This document shows, in pieces, positions 40,503 through 51,200 of a stretch of 64,000 nucleotides of DNA; within the stretch, counting starts at the first letter, position 1; each line of letters begins with the position of its first letter. Origin of the DNA: Terriglobia bacterium (GTDB taxonomy: Bacteria > Acidobacteriota > Terriglobia > Acidiferrales > UBA7541); NCBI GenBank assembly GCA_963695545.1, contig OY968796.1, positions 1,824,001 to 1,888,000 on the forward strand. Reading direction: 5' to 3'. The notes under the pieces are model-generated. The model was not told where the DNA came from, did not search any database, and worked only from the letters and a program-made list of their open reading frames with translations. A program made the translations under genes and the position numbers.

Positions 40503-43500
40503 ATGCGCTACGTTGCCATCTGCTTTGCGCTGCTCGTCTCAGCGTGTACGGCTTTCGCCCAGACCGGCAGTACCGGCGACATTCAAGGTACGGTCACGGA
40601 TCCATCGGGCGCGGTCGTCGTTGGTGCCGCAGTCGACGCCACCAACGGCGCGACCGGAACCAACACGGCCACCGAAACCACCGACGCCGGATTCTTTGTG
40701 ATCCCGTTGCTGCTGCCTGGCCAATATACAATTACGGTCACAGCATCCGGCTTCCAAACTCTTAAGCAGGAGCATGTGATTGTCGACGCGCTGCAAACCG
40801 TGACGCTGAATCCCAAGTTGCAACTGGGCTCAGCCGCTCAATACGTCACCGTGTCGAGCCAGCCGACGATGCTGCAGGCGGACGACCAGAAGCTTGGCGG
40901 AGACGTCGAGAACAACGTTTACGATTCCCTTCCGCTCGCGATGGCCAATAACCAGGCGCGCGACCCTGCGTACTTCTCGAACCTTGTCAGCGGCGTCACG
41001 GACTCCGGCTTCCAGTCGTCCGGCACGGATTTGAACTCCTACAATGGCGGCCAGCAGTTCCAGAACGAAATCTACGTGGAAGGGCTCGCGCTCACCAGCA
41101 TCGGCACCGGTGGCGATACGCGCAACGTTTCGTTCGGAATGTCTGTGGAGGCCATTGAACAGTTTCAGGTCGTCACCTCCGGCGGCGAGGCCATGTATGA
41201 AGGCCAGGGCGAATCGAATTTCGTCATTAAGTCCGGAACGAACCAGTTCCATGGCGGACTTTTCGAATACTTCCGCAACACCGTATTCGACGCCCGGAAC
41301 TTCTTCCAGACCATCGCGCCACTCGAGCACCAGAACGAGTTCGGCGGCACGGTCGGCGGACCCGTCCTGAAGAACAAACTGTTTTTTTTCGGCAGCTATG
41401 ACGGCTATCGCTTTGAGACGGATATCGCGCCCGCATCCGATACTATCCCGACGACCGCCGAGCAAACTGGCGATTTCAGCCAAACTGGGCTGGTTCCGAT
41501 CTACAACAACAGCATCCCGTGTACGCTAGGGAGCGGCTGCACCCCCATCGGTACGCAGTTCGTGTGTCCGGCAACCAGTACCAACGTCGCCAACCGGGGT
41601 AAGCTCAATATCATTCCGGGCTCGCCAGCTTGCCCCGTCACTGGTTTGACGGACCCGATATCCACGGTTTCGCAATACTTGGCGTCGGCTCTGCCGACAC
41701 CCACCAACACTGCTATTGAGAACAATTACCTGGCTCAGGGATTGCTGTCGAAGACCATCCAGGACACCACTACTGAAAAGGTCGACTACAATCTTAACGA
41801 AAAGAACCGCCTTTTCTTCGTTTACAGCTATGGCCGATACTTGCAGCCAGGCACGGGCAGCTTTACGGCCGGCACTTCCGAACTGCCTCCACCCTATCTG
41901 CAAGCCAGGAGCAACCAGGAGTTCGTGAACACGGCCCAAATACACGAGACCTACACAATTAGCCCGACATTGGTGAATGATATCGGGATCCAATTTAGCC
42001 GTTTGCTGGTGCCTGAGATGAACATCACGGCGGCGGGCGATTGGCCAACTAAGGCCGGACTCACCGGCCTGCCGGCCGGCATCGCGAGCACGGCTTTCCC
42101 GATCGTCAACTTTGCCGATTCCTACCAGCCAATGCCGGTTTCGACCGCTACCACCAGTTCGTGGGCCGGGACGAACGCAAACGCCTCCACGGAAGCGCAA
42201 AACACCTACACCGTTCAGGACAGTGTACTGTGGACCAAGAACCGGAACCATTTCACTTTCGGTTTTCAATATCAGGCGCTTGAGGACAACGACAACAATC
42301 CGCTCACCGGCTCGCTGGCCACGTTCAACTTCAGCGTCAATGAAACCGCATGCGTTAACGTCGCTTGCGGATCGAGCGGCCAAGGAACGGTGTTGACCCA
42401 CACCGGCAACGCGTTCGCCAGTTACCTGTTGGGCGAGGTTGACTCCAGTTCTGTCGTCGAAGATACGGTGGCTGAAACCGGCGGCCGTTATCACGATTAC
42501 GCGCCATATGCTCAGGACGATATTAAAGTCACTGAACGCCTGACGGTGAACTTGGGGCTCCGCTGGGACATCTGGAGTCCCTACAATGAAGATTTCAACC
42601 GCATGTCATTCTTCAATCCCACTTTAAATAACCCGCTCGTCGGCTTGCCGGGAGCCTTGCAGTTCGCGGGCAATGGCACAGACAGTTGCCATTGCGCAAC
42701 TCCGGTGAGTTGGGATTTCAAGAACTTCGGGCCTCGCGTGGGCTTCGCCTACCGTATCGGCAGTAACACGGTGGTTCGCGGCTTCTACGGCATCTTCTAC
42801 GCGCACGCCGGCGGCGTTGGCGGACGCACAGACGGTCGCCAGGGGCTGCTGCTTATCGGAGATAACGGCACGGCTTCCGCATCCTCCACCGTCGGCGGCA
42901 ACCCCGCGTATAACTGGGGCTCGACGGCAATTGGGGGTACCAACGGTGTAATCCCCGGCGGCACGCTCAGCCCGCCATTCATCAATCCAAGCTATGGCAT
43001 CGGATTCATAAGCGCTTCCGCACCCGGAGCCGCGGCAATTGGCGCCGGTCCCGGTACTGCGCAAACGCTGAACTACGCCGACGCGCATGAAAGCGGCATC
43101 CCGCCCAGCTACCAGGACATCTCATTCGGTATAGAACATTCATTCACGCCCAATATGACGCTGGGCGTGAGCTACTCCGGTAGTCTCGGCCACCATTTGG
43201 CGGGCGCTGGCGTCGCCGGACCGCTCACTGACCAGATTCCGTTGGAGTATCTTCCGCTCCAAGGGCTTCTGGGATCCACTTTGACTGTGGCCAACGAAAT
43301 GTCGGCGTATGCCATCCTCAATCCGCTGGGCATCGCGCCCTCGTGGATGAACGCCGCCGGCACGGGAGTGCCGTTCACGTTCTACACCGGAACGGTCGGG
43401 CAATCCCTCAAGCCATTTCCCCAGTATTCCAGCATCTCAAATCCATGGATTGATGTGGGAAATTCGGCCTACAACTCCCTTCAGGTAACTTTCAACCGCC

Positions 43501-44195
43501 GTACGTCGCACGGGCTCACCTTCATGGCCAACTACACGTTCAGCAAGGAGCTGGACGATTTGGCTGGCGTCCGGCTTCCGGGTGACGACGACCTTGAGCG
43601 GGCTCCCGGCGCCATTGACCGTCCGGAGGTTGCATCCGCCACAATCGTGTGGCAGCCATTGGCTCCTGGTCATAGCGTGGCCCATTTGGATCGGGCGGCG
43701 AGCGCAATCCTCAGCGGTTGGCTGTTCTCAGGCATCTACACCTTTGCCAGCGGCGCGCCGTTGTCTGTCACCGGCGCGTGCACGGGCGGCTCAATCATCG
43801 ACGCCTCCTGCTACCCGAACCTCACTCCTGGATTTACCGGCCCCGTATGGCAGGGCGGAACACCGGGCACCGGTGGCGTGAATCCGGCCACCACCCACTT
43901 CCTCAATTCGTTGGCTTTCACGGAGCCCGCGGCGTACACCTACGGAGACGCCGCGCGCATGGCTCCGTACAACCTCTACGCTCCGAATATCTGGGATCTG
44001 GACCTCAGCGTTCGCCGCGTGTTCGCGATTCACGAGCAAATGAGCTTCGCGATCCAATGTGACGCGTTCAACGTTCTGAACATCGTCAATTTCGGAGCCC
44101 CGAATACCACTTTGAGCTCCTCGTCTTTCGGGGAAATCACCACGCAAGCCAACAACCCGCGCAAATTGCAGTTCAGCGGCAGGTTCACGTTCTAA
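40503..44195 (+). CDS. TonB-dependent receptor-like outer membrane protein
   Basis: AGGAGG RBS, signal peptide, GTVTDPSGAVV, KSGTNQFHG, YAQDD, GLRWD, FNVLN and a terminal Phe. Confidence 0.92.
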   Translation: MRYVAICFALLVSACTAFAQTGSTGDIQGTVTDPSGAVVVGAAVDATNGATGTNTATETTDAGFFVIPLLLPGQYTITVTASGFQTLKQEHVIVDALQTVTLNPKLQLGSAAQYVTVSSQPTMLQADDQKLGGDVENNVYDSLPLAMANNQARDPAYFSNLVSGVTDSGFQSSGTDLNSYNGGQQFQNEIYVEGLALTSIGTGGDTRNVSFGMSVEAIEQFQVVTSGGEAMYEGQGESNFVIKSGTNQFHGGLFEYFRNTVFDARNFFQTIAPLEHQNEFGGTVGGPVLKNKLFFFGSYDGYRFETDIAPASDTIPTTAEQTGDFSQTGLVPIYNNSIPCTLGSGCTPIGTQFVCPATSTNVANRGKLNIIPGSPACPVTGLTDPISTVSQYLASALPTPTNTAIENNYLAQGLLSKTIQDTTTEKVDYNLNEKNRLFFVYSYGRYLQPGTGSFTAGTSELPPPYLQARSNQEFVNTAQIHETYTISPTLVNDIGIQFSRLLVPEMNITAAGDWPTKAGLTGLPAGIASTAFPIVNFADSYQPMPVSTATTSSWAGTNANASTEAQNTYTVQDSVLWTKNRNHFTFGFQYQALEDNDNNPLTGSLATFNFSVNETACVNVACGSSGQGTVLTHTGNAFASYLLGEVDSSSVVEDTVAETGGRYHDYAPYAQDDIKVTERLTVNLGLRWDIWSPYNEDFNRMSFFNPTLNNPLVGLPGALQFAGNGTDSCHCATPVSWDFKNFGPRVGFAYRIGSNTVVRGFYGIFYAHAGGVGGRTDGRQGLLLIGDNGTASASSTVGGNPAYNWGSTAIGGTNGVIPGGTLSPPFINPSYGIGFISASAPGAAAIGAGPGTAQTLNYADAHESGIPPSYQDISFGIEHSFTPNMTLGVSYSGSLGHHLAGAGVAGPLTDQIPLEYLPLQGLLGSTLTVANEMSAYAILNPLGIAPSWMNAAGTGVPFTFYTGTVGQSLKPFPQYSSISNPWIDVGNSAYNSLQVTFNRRTSHGLTFMANYTFSKELDDLAGVRLPGDDDLERAPGAIDRPEVASATIVWQPLAPGHSVAHLDRAASAILSGWLFSGIYTFASGAPLSVTGACTGGSIIDASCYPNLTPGFTGPVWQGGTPGTGGVNPATTHFLNSLAFTEPAAYTYGDAARMAPYNLYAPNIWDLDLSVRRVFAIHEQMSFAIQCDAFNVLNIVNFGAPNTTLSSSSFGEITTQANNPRKLQFSGRFTF

Positions 44196-44274
44196 GCGAA
44201 CGCGCGCCTGAAACAACCTGCGGCTCGGTAGTCGTCGTTTCTAAGGGCCGCGCGCGGCAGAATCGAAAATCAAT

Positions 44275-44309
44275 GAGCCCTGATCCAAAAGGTCAGGGCT
44301 CTTTTCTTT
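44275..44309 (+). terminator. Intrinsic terminator
   Basis: GAGCCCTGATC/GGTCAGGGCTC stem followed by TTTTCTTT. Confidence 0.75.
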
Positions 44310-44312
44310 GGT

Positions 44313-45206
44313 TTAGGAGTGGCCAGCCGGATGCGAGCCGCGATCGCCCATCAGAAGGATACTTCGCTGAGCGAACGGAAGAAACAACAAAGTCGCGATC
44401 ATCGCCATCACGAGGCCGAGGCCGACGCGATCGAGCAGCAGAAACGGCGAGAGCGCCCATAACTCGTCCAGCGGGAAAATGGCGAGGAACAGGTGAAGGA
44501 ACTGGCGCGCGAGACCGCGATAACCAAAGACGGCAGCCGCCAGAAGATACAAACGCACGGCGACGCCCGCTGCTGCCGTAGCCACAATAATCGCGAGTAT
44601 CAATGTGGCATGCTCGGTCCGGCCCGAAAGAAACGCATCTTCCAGGCGCAGGTACGCAAGAGCCGCGATGTAGATTCCAAAATATAGCAATTGGATCAGT
44701 GCAAAGAGCAGGCGCGCCGTTTTCTGCGGGACGCCTGGCAAATCCCGGTGGTCGCTCAATAGCCTAGCGCGGGGCATCGCGGAGAGAGCGTCATTGCCTG
44801 CCACGCCATTCGGCGTAGGCGCGTGAGCGGCTTCGCGCGTTTCAACCGGCGCTATGAATCGATAGCCGCGGCGCGCCAGAGTCTGCACGAAGCGCGGATT
44901 GCTCGCGGAATCCTCGAGAGCTTCGCGCAGCTTGTTCACCGCGGTATTCAAACTGTGATCAAAATCCACGAAGGTGTCCGCGGGCCAAAGCCGCTGGCGC
45001 AGCTCTTCTCGCGTCACAATTTCGCCGGGGCGTTCGAGCAACTGCAGCAGCACGTCGAACGGCTGTCCTTGCATGCGGCGGCGGGCCACGCCGTCTTTGC
45101 GCAGATCGCCCGACTCGCGATCGAGCTCGAAAACGCCGAAGCGAATCACACGATCGGGCTTTTGCGCCTCTTGAACCAAAGTATCTCCGGCGAAAACCGG
45201 CCTCAT
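44313..45206 (-). CDS. ToxR/CadC-like winged-helix regulator with a polytopic membrane C-terminus
   Basis: RFGVFELD, LLERPGEIVTREEL, VDFDHSLNTAVNKLREAL and PRFVQTLARRGYRF, then ~4 TM segments. The start may be TTG 45179. Confidence 0.88.
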   Translation of the reverse strand: MRPVFAGDTLVQEAQKPDRVIRFGVFELDRESGDLRKDGVARRRMQGQPFDVLLQLLERPGEIVTREELRQRLWPADTFVDFDHSLNTAVNKLREALEDSASNPRFVQTLARRGYRFIAPVETREAAHAPTPNGVAGNDALSAMPRARLLSDHRDLPGVPQKTARLLFALIQLLYFGIYIAALAYLRLEDAFLSGRTEHATLILAIIVATAAAGVAVRLYLLAAAVFGYRGLARQFLHLFLAIFPLDELWALSPFLLLDRVGLGLVMAMIATLLFLPFAQRSILLMGDRGSHPAGHS

Positions 45207-45340
45207 TCTAAATGATACGGTCTTCCAAGTCTCTCATTTTCATGCAATTACGGAGTGATCTGGGAACAAGCCAAAACTGAGCGCGCGTGCATTGTTCGAC
45301 GTTCGAGTTTGCTCAATGCTCCGCACGAACGGAGGAACCC

Positions 45341-46225
45341 ATGCGAGGCGGACTGAAAGTTCCGATTGCGATTTCCATTCTTGCGGGATTGTTGTGGGCG
45401 TCTGCGCCCGCGAAGGCGCAACTCACGCCCGCGGCAGAGCGCGGATTCGAGCGTTATGTTCAACTCACCGAAGATCGAATGAGCGCGGAGGTGCGGCCGG
45501 GCGCGCCGTTTCTTTGGATCGATCGTTCGCCGGAAGCGCAACGCAAATCCGGCCTCGCGCGCCTGGAGAACGGTGAGGTCCTTTCGGAACAGCTGACCAC
45601 TTCGGCTCCCGGCGCCGAGATCTCAACGCCGGGCGCGCTGATTCACCACTGGGTTGGGACTGTTTTCATTCCAGGAGTGACGCTGCAGCAAGTGCTGGCC
45701 GTTGTGCAGGACTACGATCAGCACCAGCAGTATTACCAGCCCGAAGTCGAGCGATCGAAGCTACTTGCGAGAGCAGGCGACGATTTCAAAGTTTATTACC
45801 GATTGAAACAGACGGACATCCTCACTGTGGTGCTCGACACAGAATACCAAATTCACTACGAGCGGCTCGACGCGAATCATGAGACGAGCTGTTCCTACAG
45901 CACGCGCGTCGCGGAAATTGTCCGGCCTGGAACGCCGCGTGAGCGCGCACTCTCTCCCAATGACGATCACGGATTTCTGTGGCGGCTCAATTCGTACTGG
46001 CGCTTTGAGCAGACTCCGCGCGGCGTCTTCGTGCAATGCGAAGCCATTTCGTTGACGCGAGACATCCCCGTGGGCGTCGGGTGGCTGATGGCGCCGCTGG
46101 TCGAACAGGTTCCGAAAGAATCGCTCGAATTCACGTTGGGAGCCACGCGTGAGGCGGTTCTCGGTCGCGCGACCGGCGCCGCACCGACGCAAGATTCCGC
46201 GCCGCACAGCGCGGAGCGGCCGTGA
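45341..46225 (+). CDS. Exported hypothetical protein (START/SRPBCC-like guess)
   Basis: GGAGG RBS, signal peptide, IHHW.G.VFIPG, QDYD, GFLWRLNSYWR and EAISLTRDIP. The fold assignment is tentative. Confidence 0.7.
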   Translation: MRGGLKVPIAISILAGLLWASAPAKAQLTPAAERGFERYVQLTEDRMSAEVRPGAPFLWIDRSPEAQRKSGLARLENGEVLSEQLTTSAPGAEISTPGALIHHWVGTVFIPGVTLQQVLAVVQDYDQHQQYYQPEVERSKLLARAGDDFKVYYRLKQTDILTVVLDTEYQIHYERLDANHETSCSYSTRVAEIVRPGTPRERALSPNDDHGFLWRLNSYWRFEQTPRGVFVQCEAISLTRDIPVGVGWLMAPLVEQVPKESLEFTLGATREAVLGRATGAAPTQDSAPHSAERP

Positions 46226-46269
46226 GTCGGTTCCGAATTGCACGATGTTGCAGAGAAAAAGGAGGAAAC

Positions 46270-47034
46270 ATGGCCACGTCAACCCAGGACTTGGAAGAAA
46301 CGCTGACATTGGAAACAACGATGCCAATCGTTACGCGAGTGACTGGAGACGATGCGCGCGTCACCGGAGAAGCGTTTCGCGATGCCAGGCGCGTGCAAGA
46401 GAGCCTTACGGCTGGAATCGAGCGAAAGGCGCTGCGATGGATTGGGATGCGCCTGCCGGCGTGGGTGCAATCGGATCATCTGACACTGCTCGGCTTTCTC
46501 GCGATGCTCTTGGCGGGGGCAAGCTATGCGTTCACGCGCTGGGATCGCGATGGTCTACTGTTCGCGATCCTTTGCATAGCGCTCAACTGGTTCGGCGATA
46601 GTCTCGATGGAACGATTGCGCGATTGCGGAATCGCCAGCGACCGCGATACGGATTTTACGTGGACCACATGATTGACACGGCCGGCGGATTGTTCTTGAT
46701 GGGCGCCCTCGCGATTTCCGGTTTGATGGATTGGCGCATTGCCATGGGAATGTTCTGCGCGTTTCTAATGCTTTCGATCGAATCGTACCTTGCAACCTAC
46801 ACGCTGGGCGCCTTCCGCCTTTCGCATGCGAAGCTCGGGCCGACGGAGATTCGTATTCTTCTGGTGGGTGGAAACCTGGCGCTGTGGTTGCATCCGGCGC
46901 AGTGTGTCTGGGGCACGGCGTACAGACTTTTTGATGTCGGAGGCTTGGTAGCGATCGCCGGGATGGGCGCGATGTTCGTCGCGGCCGCGATTCGGCATAC
47001 GCGCGATCTCTACCAGATGGAAAGGCTGCCGTAG
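46270..47034 (+). CDS. CDP-alcohol phosphatidyltransferase family protein (YnjF-like)
   Basis: Signature DSLDGTIAR...YGFYVDHMID, plus DHLT and GPTE.R; GGAGG RBS. Confidence 0.9.
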   Translation: MATSTQDLEETLTLETTMPIVTRVTGDDARVTGEAFRDARRVQESLTAGIERKALRWIGMRLPAWVQSDHLTLLGFLAMLLAGASYAFTRWDRDGLLFAILCIALNWFGDSLDGTIARLRNRQRPRYGFYVDHMIDTAGGLFLMGALAISGLMDWRIAMGMFCAFLMLSIESYLATYTLGAFRLSHAKLGPTEIRILLVGGNLALWLHPAQCVWGTAYRLFDVGGLVAIAGMGAMFVAAAIRHTRDLYQMERLP

Positions 47035-47092
47035 GCTTTACAGCGCCGCGAAAATCGCGCGGGCCAAACGCGTCGCGGCGGTTGCTCCAGCT

Positions 47093-48160
47093 TTATTGAG
47101 ATGGAGTCGTTCCCTGCGTAAGCAGTCTCGGAATCGGGCGGTAGCCGCTCCTGGTACGAATGTGGTATTTCTTCAAGCGCGGACCCACCAGAGTCACCTT
47201 AATCGCGCGCCAGCCGCGGTTCGGATTTTCCTGAGGGTAGTAGCTGAGCGAATAGAGATGCGCGAGGTCATCACGCACCAGAGAGAAAGCCTTCTTTTGT
47301 CCTCTCCAACTGCTCGCAAAAAAGGCCCTGCCGCCCGTGCTCATACTCATGCGCGTGAAAACCTCGGCGGAAAGCGGGTCTTCTTGTGCTTCGCGGGTGC
47401 AGATCATGTAGATCGGAATTCCTTCCGACTGCGCCAATTCGCCAACGACATCGGGAGAAATCGCGCTGGCGTTGTCGGGTCCGTTGGAGAAAACTACCAC
47501 CACTTTTCTGCCGGTAAAGCCACCCGCATCTTTGAGTGTCAATAGCAGAGCGTCGTAAAGTGCCGCGTCGTCTCCGGCCACCGTGTCGCGCACCCCGCGC
47601 AAAACTTCCGATCGATCGGCGGTGAGCAGCGCCTCGCGCGACACATTGCGGCTGTAAGAATAAAACGCCACACGATCTGCGTTTTCCAGGGACCGGAGAA
47701 AGTCGGCGATGGCATCCTGCGCGAGGACAAAACCCTGGTGCAGATACATATAGTCACTCGTATCGAAGAGCACGAAAACGTCCGCGCCGGCCACGGCAAC
47801 GCCGAGCCGCTCCGCCGAGTCATCGGGCGGTGCCGCGGGGACGCTGGCCTGGCTGGCTTCGGTCGCCCCCGGTTGGGCCGGCACGGGCCCGGCGTCTGCA
47901 ATTGTTTGCGGGGCTCCGTTACCTTCTTCGAAGATGGCGATTTTTTGCGGAATCTTGTCCTCGGTAATCGCGAAGTCCTGGGGCCGCAGGCCGGTAACAT
48001 AGTTCCCTTTGCTGTCCGTCACTGCGACGTTCAGCTGCACCAGGTTGACTTCGACGCGGATCACCTGGTTTTGTGATGTGTCCTGAGCGGCCATCAAAAC
48101 CGCGGACACGGATATCAGTGTCAGTAAGATCAGACTGCACGCATAGGATCGCTTTGCCAT
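47093..48160 (-). CDS. Acidobacterial VWFA-related domain protein
   Basis: IRVEVNLVQLNVAVTD..GNYV.GL..DF.I.ED, LYDAL, RKVVVVFS, TGG and YSLSYYP...RTRSGY motifs. Confidence 0.85.
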   Translation of the reverse strand: MAKRSYACSLILLTLISVSAVLMAAQDTSQNQVIRVEVNLVQLNVAVTDSKGNYVTGLRPQDFAITEDKIPQKIAIFEEGNGAPQTIADAGPVPAQPGATEASQASVPAAPPDDSAERLGVAVAGADVFVLFDTSDYMYLHQGFVLAQDAIADFLRSLENADRVAFYSYSRNVSREALLTADRSEVLRGVRDTVAGDDAALYDALLLTLKDAGGFTGRKVVVVFSNGPDNASAISPDVVGELAQSEGIPIYMICTREAQEDPLSAEVFTRMSMSTGGRAFFASSWRGQKKAFSLVRDDLAHLYSLSYYPQENPNRGWRAIKVTLVGPRLKKYHIRTRSGYRPIPRLLTQGTTPSQ

Positions 48161-48240
48161 AAAGCCCTCTCGTACTCGCCCGTCACGTCTCCCTCAGCAG
48201 GCCAGGGATTTCGAGAATTTGTGGGCGGATCGACAGTCTT

Positions 48241-51200
48241 CTACTTTTCAGATACAGCGACACTCTTGGGCAAGGGAGCGATCTTGCCCTCCCGAAATTC
48301 CTCACCCGTTTCCCGCATCGCGCGCAGCAGCGCCGGCCAATCCTCGTAGTGCGTTGCAAATATTTTCTCGACCATGCGACGCGTCAATTCAGGAACCAAT
48401 TGATTCAGCATCACTGGGGAATAGCCAAGTTCGTCCGCCAAGCGAGCCCAGTACAGATTGTTTGACTCCCAAGATTCGGCCATCAAGCGCGAAGAATAAC
48501 TCTCGAACGTCGGGAGCAGCTTTACATTCATCAACTCGCGGGCGTCACTCTGTCCCAGGGCGGGATGAGGTATCCCAAAATCTTCCGACAGCCGTTCCGG
48601 GCCGACCTCCGCGGGATATTGAGTGGAGAGCTTGGCCAGTTCGTTCCCTGAAGCGCCCCAATGATCGGTGTCTTGCGGGTAGATTCGACGATACTCCTCC
48701 GCCAAGTAGAAGGTCTCCGCCGGCATGACCTCAGCGAGCACTTCGTCCATGTGCCCCGCGCGGAGATCATCCTCAACTCGTTCGGACCTTTGCGTAAGCA
48801 TGCAGTCCGAGAGGATATCCATTACCCGCTGGCGCACTGCGTCATTCTCGGCAGCAGCGGCCAAGAGTTCCTCGCCGGTTCGCTGGTACAGCGCGACAGC
48901 ATGAAGCTCGTTCGGAGTTACGCCCCACCACCGCGGCAGAACCGCGCTGGTCATCATGCTCGGTACCAAGTCCTCCCAGATCAGGGCTTGCACGTTATCC
49001 GGAACGATGAAGTCCTGCTCCGCATCCGCCAGGGCGAACGGCAGATCCGCCAGCGAGCCGACCAGATGGGATCCGCCTACCGCCAACAAGCCGCGGCCAG
49101 ACAACGTCGAGGTCTGCCAGTCAGGCTCTCCCCCGTCGGCAAACACTTCCACGAATTCGTGAGATCGAACGAAAAGGGGATCATTGTGGAGAATTTGAGC
49201 GCCGGGCGGTTCGTAGTAGGCATAGTTCAGGCCCACCAGAGTGTCTCTGAGGAACGGAGTGAGCTCACCGCGAGCCGCGATCAATTCTTGTGCCGAGCCA
49301 GAGTCGATGGCCTTGGCCAAGTCCGTGCGCATCTGCAATTTTGTGTGGCGAGGATCATACTGGCCGGAAGACCACTCATTTTTTTCGGTGCTCGTGAGAA
49401 TTTGCTGCGGCATCTCGAATTCCCGAAGCTGCGCGGCGAGTGGAAGCAGGCTGGCGGCAACGGCCTTTCCTTTGGCCATTTGATCCAAGCCATCCGCGAG
49501 CGCCAATATCGTGTCCAGAGAAACAAGACGCTGAGCGACCATGACCGAGCGAATTCTTTCAGCGATCTCCTGCCTGACTTGCTGGCCGTCGGGGCTTGCC
49601 TGATCGGGGCCCGCCAGCAACGCTACGATGTCGTCCTGGGAAAGATCGGATTTGCCGGTTGCGTCGTGCAACAGTGCAGCGAGTGAAGCTCGGCCCGCGT
49701 CGAAAACTTGTTGTGACGTGGTGATTCCAACAAAGGGATTGATCACGCGCTGCAACGAATCGTTCAAACTTGCATCCGCCATTTGCCCTTGCCGCGCCAG
49801 AATTTGCCACAGACCCACCTCAGCCTGAAAAATGCCGATAGCGTTGCCTCGCACCGTGCCGTCTGGAAGGTGGTCGAGGTCCTCGGCAACTTTCATAAAG
49901 TCTGTGATGGAGGCATTGCTCAGATCGCGAAATTCCGAAAACATCAGGTACTGGTCGCTGAATCGCGAAAATTTGTCGGCCAACAACCGGACTGTTTCCG
50001 GAGTCAATCGCTGTTCGGGTGACCGTCCGCGATCGATTTCGCACAACGAGAGGTATATTTCCAGCGGGCTGTCCATCATTTCCACCCGCGAAAGACCGAA
50101 CATTCCCTCGACAAGATTGTCTGGGCTCTCCCAGCGCGTTGCGCGCCGGCCCCATTCGCCGACGACCTTGGGATCGCTCTCCGTGTCGTGGCCCAGGATG
50201 TACTTCCATGCGTCGAGATTGCCGGGGACGAACGGCTGGCCGCTCGAGTCCAGCTGGAGCTGAGTCACAAGTAGCACGAGTCCCGCATCGGGACGATACG
50301 CGCTCCGGAACGACGTCTGGGAATTATCGTGTCCTCGGAGCGCTGCATAGAAAAGCTGCATTCGGGTTGGATCGGTGAAATAGGCCTGCTGAGTTTTGTT
50401 GCCCCGTGACAGCGCATCATAAAACGCCACCAGCCAGCCGTTGTCTTTGGTGAGCAGGTGAGATACGAATTCTCCGGGCGAATCCGGGCTCGCTCCTACC
50501 AGATCTTTCCACGTGGCTTCCGCGGGAGTTCCCCCGGGCACGACTACGCGTCCGGACCGAATGGAGATGTTACTCGCATAGAAGTCCATGACCGGAGCGT
50601 GGGGAAGCAATTTCGCCAATCCCAGCGATTGGTTCAACGCGTCACACGTTTCGATGTCCATCTGAGACATAGCCCAATAAAGACGGGAGACATCGGGGTC
50701 GCGCACAAGAACGTCAACTACATCGTTTGCGCCTCCCGAGCTCACTTGATCCTTTTTGAATGCGGTCCAGGCGTCCTGCCCGATCAACACCGGCACTTGT
50801 GTGGGAGCGAAAGAATAGGTGAAGGGTTTCGCCGCGCGCAGCGATTCCTCGAGGTCAGCGAGAGGAAAACCCGAATCTATGGTTACGAAGGCCCTACTCG
50901 GATCGGCAGTCTCCAAATAAACTTCCGGTCCACAAGTTTTCTCCAGCCGGTATCCCAAGATCGTCAGCAAGGCGCCCGCGTCGTTGCAAGTCGTCACGCG
51001 GATCACGCCTTCTGAACCAGCCAGCGTTTGCAATTCCCTGGCTTCTTGCAAATACCGCTGCAGGAGGATCAGATACTCCGTGGGCCGGTCACCATCTTTC
51101 CCCGAACCACGATAACCAAGGGTTGCCACACTTCGGGCCAGGAGTGGCAAAACCTCCTCCGGCGAAACTTGCTGGCTGATTCCAGCCATGCGCAATAAGG

